64,000 bases of DNA, from NCBI GenBank assembly GCA_049965715.1, contig JBMFWA010000004.1, positions 30,081 to 94,080 of the forward strand. The letters are read 5' to 3'. Each line of letters starts with the position of its first letter. Position 1 is the stretch's first letter. Source of the stretch: Thermoplasmata archaeon. GTDB lineage: Archaea; Thermoplasmatota; Thermoplasmata; Thermoplasmatales; Thermoplasmataceae. Shown here piece after piece: positions 56,814-64,000 of this stretch. The translations under genes and the position numbers were made by a program. The notes under the pieces are model-generated. The model was not told the DNA's origin and made no database searches. It saw nothing but the letters and a program-made list of their open reading frames with translations.

Positions 56814-57776
56814 ATGGTGCAAAACGTTTATGCCCAGGTTTATAAGAAGCAGCATTACGGAATGGTAGGTAAACACTCTGCAGTGAAGGTATGTCACTGG
56901 ACAAAAAGTGAAATGACTGGTGGAAAAGGCTGCTACAAGGATACGTTTTATGGTATAGAGTCTCACAGGTGCATCCAGATGACTCCCGCGGTGAATTCCT
57001 GTACTGAAAATTGCTCGTTTTGCTGGAGATTCCAGGGATTTGACAGCATGCACATTTCAGACGAGGACGATCCAGAGTTCATACTCGAGGAGTCCATAAA
57101 GGCCCACAAAAAACTTCTATCGGGATTCAAGGGGAATCCCAAGGTAACCAAGGAAAAATGGGAGGAGTCACAGAATCCCAAGCACATAGCAATTTCCCTT
57201 ACCGGGGAACCCACCCTTTACACGAGACTTGGTGAGTTCATAGAGCTGGCAACGAAAAGAGGATTCTCAACGTTTCTGGTCACAAACGGAACGTTGCCCA
57301 TGGTACTTGAAAAACTCAATCCACTTCCCACACAGCTTTACGTGACCGTTGCGGGTCCAAACAAACAGGTTTTCAACGATCTTCTAAATCCCGCCATAGG
57401 AAATGCGTGGGAAAATTTCAACAGAACAATTGATCTGCTTCCAAGCCTTGACACAAGAATTGTGCTGAGGCACACTCTGGTGAAAGACATAAACATGCCA
57501 TTTCTAGATGAATATCATTTCCTTGACAGCAGGGCAGATCCAGACTTCGTTGAATGCAAGGGTTATGTTCATGTGGGGCAATCAATATCCAGGCTCACTC
57601 AGGATAACATGCCGTCCCATGATGAGATTCTCCAGTTCTCAAGGGACCTCGGTGCCAGACTTGGATACGAACTGACTGCTGACAGGAAGGAAAGCAGGGT
57701 TGCTCTTCTGGCAAAGAACCCCTCAAATTCAAAGATCGACTTCGATAAGATTTCATCCGGACTGAACCTTGCTTAG
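56814..57776 (+). CDS. taw1: tRNA 4-demethylwyosine synthase (radical SAM, Taw1/TYW1)
   Basis: HSAVKVCHWTK, the radical-SAM cluster region CTENCSFCWR, and SLTGEPTLY. Confidence 0.85.
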   Translation: MVQNVYAQVYKKQHYGMVGKHSAVKVCHWTKSEMTGGKGCYKDTFYGIESHRCIQMTPAVNSCTENCSFCWRFQGFDSMHISDEDDPEFILEESIKAHKKLLSGFKGNPKVTKEKWEESQNPKHIAISLTGEPTLYTRLGEFIELATKRGFSTFLVTNGTLPMVLEKLNPLPTQLYVTVAGPNKQVFNDLLNPAIGNAWENFNRTIDLLPSLDTRIVLRHTLVKDINMPFLDEYHFLDSRADPDFVECKGYVHVGQSISRLTQDNMPSHDEILQFSRDLGARLGYELTADRKESRVALLAKNPSNSKIDFDKISSGLNLA

Positions 57777-57786
57777 AAACGCCGGA

Positions 57787-57987
57787 TTACTCCTCAGTTT
57801 GAGGAATGATGTGTACCACTGCCATGGCGATGGGTATCACTCCAAGTATTGCAACAACAACTCCAATAAGTATTCCTGGAGAGAATTTCTGGAAAGCGGT
57901 GTAAGTCGAATATGCAGTTCCAAGGGAAAACAGCAAGAGACCCAATATGATGTAATTCATCCACCTGTTGTTACTTTCTCCACTCAA
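57787..57987 (-). CDS. Small two-TM membrane protein
   Basis: 66-aa ORF with two hydrophobic helices. No homology was recognised. Confidence 0.4.
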   Translation of the reverse strand: MSGESNNRWMNYIILGLLLFSLGTAYSTYTAFQKFSPGILIGVVVAILGVIPIAMAVVHIIPQTEE

Positions 57988-58151
57988 TGATTATCACTAT
58001 TCCAGAACAATCAAAACTATTTATAACTATTCCGGGGTGAAAATTCCAGCTATCATTTAACTGTCATTCAAATTCACTGCACTTGGAAATTCATGTGCAG
58101 TGATCACTCTGGCCAGGTGGCAGTTAAATTATAGTGCAAGAGGATTATGTA

Positions 58152-59354
58152 ATGATAAAGATGCTTGACTATAGCTTTTCACAGGATCAGGAAATGATGC
58201 GGGAGTCCGTGAGGGAATTTGCGAAGAGGGAAATTTCTCCTAGAATTCAATCAATGATCAAGAACAGGAGAATTCCGGATGAGATTTTCAGCGGGCTCGC
58301 AAGAATGAACCTACTGGGAATGACAGTGCCTGAAAAATATGGAGGAATAGGGGCAGACGCAGTTACAACCGGAATAGCCGCAGAGGAGATTGCACGTGCT
58401 GATCCAACAGCATCCATCCCGGTACTCTTTCTTGTGGACAATGCCTGGTCATATCTGGTAAGCAAGTATGGTACGGAAGAACTCAAGTCCTCGCTTCTTC
58501 CAAACGTAGCGAAGGGAAAATCCATAGTGGGGATAGCCTCCACCGAACCAAACTTTGGTTCAGACATTGGATCGATGACCACCACAGCTTCCATCAGGGG
58601 AAAAGAAATAGTCATCTCGGGGGAGAAGGCTTTCATAAGTCTTATCAGGGACATAAAGGAGAGAAGCGGGGGATTTGTCACAGTGACCAAAACCGACATG
58701 AACAGGGGCACGGGCGGTGTTTCTCTGGTATACGTTCCATATACAGAGGGAAAATTTGACATAAATTACACCGAGGAAATGGGAAGAGAAGGATCCTCAT
58801 GGGGCAGCTTCAGAATCAATAACCTGAGCGTTCCCGCATCCAACATGCTTGGCACACTTAACAAGGGATTTAACATAGTTCATGAGGGGTTCGAATTTGC
58901 GAGAGGGCTGATATCGGTTATTAGCGCAGCATCTGCCTTGAATTCGCTCGAAAACGGGATGAACTACATGAAGGAAAGGAAAGCCTTTGGACAGCCGATT
59001 GCGAAGTATCAGGGTCTGCAGTTTGATCTGGCCGGTCACGTCGCCAGAATGGAAGCGGCGATGACAATGGCCTACAAAGCCCTCTGGACATATGATCAGG
59101 AGCAGAAATATGGTAAATTTACAAGATTCCAGGTGAGCAAAGCAATTGCCGTGGCAAAACTCATATCAACAACATGGGCATTCGATGCGATCAACGATGC
59201 CCTGCAGTGGCAGGGAGCTTATGGGTATTCAAAAGACTGTCCTGAAGAATGGGCTCTGAGAGGAATTCGATCTTTTCAGCTTGCAGAAGGATCAAGAGAG
59301 ATAATGAAACTGATCATCGCCAGGGAGAGTCTGGGAAAGGAATACATCAAATGA
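58152..59354 (+). CDS. Acyl-CoA dehydrogenase
   Basis: Classic ~400-aa ACAD with ASTEPNFGSD and QWQGAYGYS..CP.E...R..R..QL.EG. I chose ATG 58152 (or 58161) over GTG 58134. Confidence 0.85.
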   Translation: MIKMLDYSFSQDQEMMRESVREFAKREISPRIQSMIKNRRIPDEIFSGLARMNLLGMTVPEKYGGIGADAVTTGIAAEEIARADPTASIPVLFLVDNAWSYLVSKYGTEELKSSLLPNVAKGKSIVGIASTEPNFGSDIGSMTTTASIRGKEIVISGEKAFISLIRDIKERSGGFVTVTKTDMNRGTGGVSLVYVPYTEGKFDINYTEEMGREGSSWGSFRINNLSVPASNMLGTLNKGFNIVHEGFEFARGLISVISAASALNSLENGMNYMKERKAFGQPIAKYQGLQFDLAGHVARMEAAMTMAYKALWTYDQEQKYGKFTRFQVSKAIAVAKLISTTWAFDAINDALQWQGAYGYSKDCPEEWALRGIRSFQLAEGSREIMKLIIARESLGKEYIK

Positions 59355-59450
59355 GTCTCTAAACGTTGAATGTAACCGGGGCCTGGAAGGGAACCCTGAA
59401 AATGGAATGTAAACAGGATCTGTCAAATCCATGAGAATCCCCGGTCCTCC

Positions 59451-60479
59451 CTATGCAGTCAGTTTATGATAGACGGACAGGGCATCCAGATTGTCCTTTA
59501 TATCGTGAACTCTAAGGTAATCGACCTTTTTTTCCATCAGGTAGATCGAGGATGCAAGCGTTCCTGCCAGTCTCCTGTCGACACTGCTGCCCGTGATGTC
59601 CCCTATGAAACTCTTTCTGGAAACGCCAACGAGGGTTTCAAATCCCATGTTCAGCGAATCGATATCCCTGATCAGTGCGAGGTTCTGTTCGAAATTCTTT
59701 CCGAATCCTATTCCCGGATCAAGAATGATATTCCCGGGTTTAATGCCAGATTTAACAAGGTGCGAGGCCTGCCGGAAAAGGAAATGATTTACCTCTCTTA
59801 CCACGTCTGAGTAGTCAGGGTGGTTCTGCATCGTAGAAGGCTCTCCCTGCATGTGCATTACGATACACTTTAGCTGTTCTCTCTGTGCGATATCCACCAT
59901 CCTCTGGTCGGAAAACCCGGAGATATCGTTGACGAATGATATGTCGAAGTCAATAGCTGCCTCCAGGGTCTCCGGGTTTCTTGTGTCCACCGAGATCGGT
60001 ATAGTAGAGCATTCCCTTATGTATTTTATGAACGGGATTATCCTGGAAATTTCTGTAGATGCACTGATTCTCTTGCTTCCAGGCCTGGTACTTTCACCAC
60101 CGATATCTATAATATCAGGCTTCTGGTCAAGGAAACCGTCAATAGATCTTATATCTTCCAGGTTGAATCTTGATCCTGCGTAGAAAGAATCCGGCGTTGC
60201 GTTAAGTATTCCCATTATCTTGGGAACCGAAGGGTTCCTCGCGATCTTTCCGAACATGGATTTTGCCAGTTCAGCCTCTGCGCCAGGAAATTTTCCAGAA
60301 GCCCTGAGAATGTCTTCAACATCCTTTTCACTGGCCTGTATTAAGCCTGGACGAAGGGCTTTCTGTATATTTGCCATGGAAGGATGGTTGCCGTAGACCT
60401 CAAAAAGACCGTTTCCTTCAACCCCGATCATCCTTCTGGCAGGGAAAAGCAGGAAGTCTCCATCATGCATGATTTCCAA
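59451..60479 (-). CDS. folP: Dihydropteroate synthase with ~85-aa N-terminal extension
   Basis: GILNATPDSF, DIGGESTRPG, DPGIGFGK and GVSRKSF motifs are present. Confidence 0.8.
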   Translation of the reverse strand: MEIMHDGDFLLFPARRMIGVEGNGLFEVYGNHPSMANIQKALRPGLIQASEKDVEDILRASGKFPGAEAELAKSMFGKIARNPSVPKIMGILNATPDSFYAGSRFNLEDIRSIDGFLDQKPDIIDIGGESTRPGSKRISASTEISRIIPFIKYIRECSTIPISVDTRNPETLEAAIDFDISFVNDISGFSDQRMVDIAQREQLKCIVMHMQGEPSTMQNHPDYSDVVREVNHFLFRQASHLVKSGIKPGNIILDPGIGFGKNFEQNLALIRDIDSLNMGFETLVGVSRKSFIGDITGSSVDRRLAGTLASSIYLMEKKVDYLRVHDIKDNLDALSVYHKLTA

Positions 60480-60600
60480 AGTACAAAGGAATTAATTATC
60501 TTTGCAGTCTCACCTTTATGCACAGAGCAGTGAAACACAGTATCTCTTTATGTACACCCTACAGTTTAATACGAGACTAAACATTCTTTTACGTGATCAA

Positions 60601-61074
60601 ATGAAATGGATAACGAGAGAGAAAGCAAAGGTGGACAGGATCGCCTGTCCGTGGGTGATCAAGAGGTTTGTTGACCCTGATGCTGAATTTATTTTTGTTC
60701 CGGGGGACAAAGTGATTAAGGCAGCAAAGGAAATGAATGCCATTCCGTTCGACGTGGAAGGAGCTGAACTCACCCACTATGAGGAAAACGGTGAGGAGAG
60801 AGTGAGTTTTGACTCCATAATAAGGAAATACAATCTAAAGGACGAGGCGCTTCTGGATCTTGCCGCTATAGTGAGAGGGGCTGATGCTGATCTTGACAAT
60901 CCAAGGGTGGAATCTGCAGGGCTTGAAGCTGCGGCAATGGGTTTCAGGGAGATAGCGAAGGACGATCATGAAAACATGAAGCTCCAGTTCCCCATGTATG
61001 ACGCGCTCTACCAGTACTGCAGGCTGAAAATTGGAAAGAAAACAAAACTGGAACACAGCGCACGCCAGAAGTGA
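60601..61074 (+). CDS. ChrB C-terminal-domain-like (chromate resistance) protein
   Basis: KWITRE..KVDRIACPWVIKRFVDP.AEF.FVP matches the typical N-terminus of this domain. I chose the start at the internal ATG. Confidence 0.7.
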   Translation: MKWITREKAKVDRIACPWVIKRFVDPDAEFIFVPGDKVIKAAKEMNAIPFDVEGAELTHYEENGEERVSFDSIIRKYNLKDEALLDLAAIVRGADADLDNPRVESAGLEAAAMGFREIAKDDHENMKLQFPMYDALYQYCRLKIGKKTKLEHSARQK

Positions 61075-61121
61075 ACGCTGTTTCCAATCGCCAATTTTTG
61101 TTTCGATTGTCTAAACAGCGT
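61075..61121 (+). terminator. Long two-tier hairpin with T5 in the loop, directly after the chrB-like stop
   Basis: ACGCUGUUU/AAACAGCGU (9 bp) and CAAUCG/CGAUUG (6 bp), with loop CCAAUUUUUGUUU. Confidence 0.45.
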
Positions 61122-61242
61122 GGAAGGCGATCATGTCTATTGCTTTTCGTATATAAACTAACGGATTTCGTTTCCTTTATAAAACCTTATAAGCAGTCTT
61201 TCGATTAAGTTGCTCGCTCTGAACTTAGAGAAAGATGATTGT

Positions 61243-61671
61243 ATGAATAATGGTAATTTGAAGGCTGAAACTCCAAGAAAAAAGAGGTATTACACAAACC
61301 TCGAGGAGTTATCCGCAGCTATAGGAACCGGTCTCAGCCTTCAGAACAGGAAGATGAGCAGGGAAGAATCGATCGAGGCGGCAGAACACCTGATCAATTT
61401 CTTTGGATACAATGACAGGGTTATAGACAACATGCTTGAACCGGAAGATCGCGATGCATTCTACACAATGGAAGATATTGGCGTGCTTCAGACAGAACGC
61501 GAAGAGACTACGCTGTTTGATGGAAGGGAATGGAGAATACACTACTGGATTCTGAACACAGACAGGATATATGAATTGTCAAGGATGAAGTTGAGGGATG
61601 TCAAGGCGAAGCAGGATGACACCTTCAATTTTTACGAGACCATTCCTGATGAGTACTGGCGTGCATCTTAG
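61243..61671 (+). CDS. Hypothetical cytosolic protein upstream of ABCE1
   Basis: 142 aa from the internal ATG. Acidic, no motif recognised. Ends 9 nt before the ABCE1 start. Confidence 0.5.
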   Translation: MNNGNLKAETPRKKRYYTNLEELSAAIGTGLSLQNRKMSREESIEAAEHLINFFGYNDRVIDNMLEPEDRDAFYTMEDIGVLQTEREETTLFDGREWRIHYWILNTDRIYELSRMKLRDVKAKQDDTFNFYETIPDEYWRAS

Positions 61672-61680
61672 GGGATTGCC

Positions 61681-63453
61681 ATGCACATTGCGGTACTCGA
61701 CAAGGAGAAATGCCATCCAAAAAAATGCAATCATGAATGCCAGTTTTACTGTCCGCCGGTAAGAAGCGGAACCAAGACGATAGAGTTTGTCGACACTCAG
61801 GATCAGCCCATCATAAATGAGCCACTCTGTATCGGTTGCGGAATATGTGTCAGGCGGTGCCCTTTCGGGGCGATAAAAATAATAAACGTTCCGGACGAAA
61901 TGAACAAGGACCTTTTCCATCAGTACGGACTCAATAAATTCAGACTTTACTCTGTTCCTGTGCTCCAGAAGGGAAAGGTCGTGGCGATTCTCGGTAAAAA
62001 CGGTCTCGGCAAGACCACTGCCCTGAATATTCTTTCCGGCGTTACAATACCGAATTTCGGGGATTACGGGAAAGCGCCGGATCAGGACCTTGTAATAGAG
62101 AAGATGGCAGGAACACAGATGGGACAGTATTTCAAGGATCTCTACAACGGTAAGAAGAAGGTGGCGCTTAAGAATCAGTATGTTGACCAGATCCCCAGAG
62201 TTACCAAGGGCACCATAGGGGAAATAATTGCCCGCTCCGATACAGATGGAAGGAAGGATGAAATAATTTCAACGCTGGAAATGCAGTCATCCCTGAGCAA
62301 GGACGTATCAACATGTTCAGGCGGCGAACTGCAGAAACTTGCAATTGCCGTCACCCTGCTGAAGAATGCCGATGTGATGATGTTTGACGAGATGTCCTCG
62401 TATCTTGACATCGGCGACAGGCTCAGGATAGCCAGGATAATACAGGATATTGCAAAGGACAGGACCATAATGGTCGTGGAGCATGATCTTGCCATACTTG
62501 ACTGGATAGCCGACGAAATATCACCGATTTACGGCGAAAGCGGAGCTTACGGTGTCATCGGCATTCAGAGATCAACCAACAAGGCCATCAACTCATTCCT
62601 CTCTGGTTACCTGAAGGAGGAGAATGTCAGGATCAGCACCCATACCATAGAGTTCTCCAAGCGTTCTGCCAAGAGAACCCACTCCCAGGAGACGCTGGTA
62701 GCATGGGAAGGAGTAAGGAAGACGCTGGGCGATTTCACAATATCATCAGACAAAGGTGAGATCGCCAGGGGAGAAGTTGTGGGGGCAATGGGAAGGAATG
62801 CGCTGGGAAAAACCACATTTGTGAAGATGCTTGCGGGTGTTCTTGAAATGGATCAGGGGAGCATCTCCAGAAAACTCAGGATTGCATATAAGCCACAGTA
62901 CATATCAACAACCTTCGAAGGCACAGCATTTGAGATGCTGTCACAGTCACTGAAGGAAAGAATGAGCGAGAATTTTGTAAAGGGCGACATTCTGGCTCCC
63001 CTTGACATAAACGAAATCATGTACAGCAATGTTCAGGATCTGTCCGGAGGAGAGATGCAGAGGCTCTCAATTGCCCTGACGCTTGGAACGGACGCGGATC
63101 TGTATCTGCTGGATGAGCCGTCAGCTCACCTGGATGCATCTTTCAGGATGGCCACTGCACGTGTCATACGCAGGGTAATGGAAAATACAAAGAGGAGCGC
63201 AATTGTCGTTGATCACGACATATACTTCACGGATCTGATATCCGACCGCCTGATGGTATTCCAGGGGAAACCGGGAATAGAGGCAACCACATTTGGTCCA
63301 ACCGATATGAGAACCGGAATGAACCTCTTCCTCAAGGGGGTTGGCATAACATTCAGAAGGGACGAAAAAACCATGCGTCCAAGGATCAACAAGGCAAACA
63401 GCAGTCTTGACCGTCAGCAGAAGGAGACCGGTGAATATTATTACTCTCAGTGA
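61681..63453 (+). CDS. abce1: ABCE1 / RNase L inhibitor-type ribosome-recycling ATPase
   Basis: N-terminal 2x[4Fe-4S] domain (CHPKKCNHECQFYCP, CIGCGICVRRCP). Two ABC cassettes carry Walker A GKNGLGKT / GRNALGKT and signatures SGGELQ / SGGEMQ. Confidence 0.9.
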   Translation: MHIAVLDKEKCHPKKCNHECQFYCPPVRSGTKTIEFVDTQDQPIINEPLCIGCGICVRRCPFGAIKIINVPDEMNKDLFHQYGLNKFRLYSVPVLQKGKVVAILGKNGLGKTTALNILSGVTIPNFGDYGKAPDQDLVIEKMAGTQMGQYFKDLYNGKKKVALKNQYVDQIPRVTKGTIGEIIARSDTDGRKDEIISTLEMQSSLSKDVSTCSGGELQKLAIAVTLLKNADVMMFDEMSSYLDIGDRLRIARIIQDIAKDRTIMVVEHDLAILDWIADEISPIYGESGAYGVIGIQRSTNKAINSFLSGYLKEENVRISTHTIEFSKRSAKRTHSQETLVAWEGVRKTLGDFTISSDKGEIARGEVVGAMGRNALGKTTFVKMLAGVLEMDQGSISRKLRIAYKPQYISTTFEGTAFEMLSQSLKERMSENFVKGDILAPLDINEIMYSNVQDLSGGEMQRLSIALTLGTDADLYLLDEPSAHLDASFRMATARVIRRVMENTKRSAIVVDHDIYFTDLISDRLMVFQGKPGIEATTFGPTDMRTGMNLFLKGVGITFRRDEKTMRPRINKANSSLDRQQKETGEYYYSQ

Positions 63454-63471
63454 GACAGGGGCTGGTTTTCT

Positions 63472-64000
63472 CTGATTGAAATACTGCACAGGGACGGGCT
63501 TGCAAGAATCGGGAAATTCAAGACACAGCACGGCTATATCCTGACTCCGACTGTGATGCCTGTCATAAATCCTAACATGATCACCATAACTCCGGAAAGG
63601 ATGAAGAAACTTGGTGTGAATGCAGTCATAACCAATGCTTATATCATCAGGCGGAACAGTGATCTGCGAAAGAAAGCACTGGAAGAGGGCGTTCACAGGT
63701 TGATCGGATTTGACGGTCCTGTGATGACAGATTCCGGCACTTTCCAGTCGCATGTTTATGGTGATGTAGAATACACAAACAGGGAGATCGTGGAATTTCA
63801 GCGTTCCATAGGCAGCGACATAGGAACCATACTGGACATATTCAGCGAACCTACAGACTCACATGCAGCCGCAAAGGATGCGGTTGAGGAGACACACCGC
63901 AGGTTCCTGGAAGCAAAGAATCAGGGAGAGATGATACTGTCAGGACCGATTCAGGGATCAGTCTATCCAGATCTGAGGAGGTATTCCGCAAATCTTATGA
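63472..64000 (+). CDS. tgtA: Archaeosine tRNA-guanine transglycosylase, N-terminal part (runs off window); start codon unresolved
   Basis: Manual translation gives (L)IEILHRDGLARIGKFKTQHGYILTPTVMPVINPN...VITNAYII...GFDGPVMTDSGTFQ, matching ArcTGT N-terminal motifs. No ATG/GTG/TTG lies between the ABCE1 stop and the conserved N-terminus. Confidence 0.8.
   Translation, partial: MIEILHRDGLARIGKFKTQHGYILTPTVMPVINPNMITITPERMKKLGVNAVITNAYIIRRNSDLRKKALEEGVHRLIGFDGPVMTDSGTFQSHVYGDVEYTNREIVEFQRSIGSDIGTILDIFSEPTDSHAAAKDAVEETHRRFLEAKNQGEMILSGPIQGSVYPDLRRYSANLM

Overview
This 64-kb window is a compact, gene-dense archaeal chromosomal segment, roughly 85-90% coding, with many 1-30 nt gene overlaps. Several genes have an AT-rich TATA-like box about 25-30 nt upstream of the start codon, which suggests leaderless or near-leaderless transcripts. 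All product calls come from motif recognition by eye; no database search was run.

Gene content points to a Thermoplasmatales-like acidophilic euryarchaeon (inference only). It includes a thermosome subunit, tricorn-interacting factor F1-type proline iminopeptidase, family-X DNA polymerase with PHP domain, membrane H+-pyrophosphatase, sedolisin (S53) protease, MerA, ABCE1, archaeosine TGT, Taw1, RPA, heme O synthase, and UbiA/UbiD quinone genes. There is also a tight cluster of the enzyme families used in the non-phosphorylative Entner-Doudoroff pathway. One tRNA-Ile(GAU) is present. I saw no rRNA, CRISPR array or recognisable IS/transposase.

The main oddities are:
- A 478-bp ORF-free, hairpin-rich tract upstream of the hppA promoter (49472-49949), a candidate structured ncRNA or small element.
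- A decayed AAA ATPase gene with a TGG->TGA nonsense codon and a ~230-nt hairpin-rich non-coding block bounded by ~30-nt imperfect direct repeats.
- A DsrE-like gene whose N-terminus is out of frame.
- An archaeosine TGT gene with no canonical start codon, lying in frame 7 codons after the ABCE1 stop.
- An uncharacterised 466-aa polytopic membrane protein divergent from heme O synthase.
- A four-gene RPA operon with two unassigned small proteins.

I did not find a clear novel multi-gene defence or mobile system.
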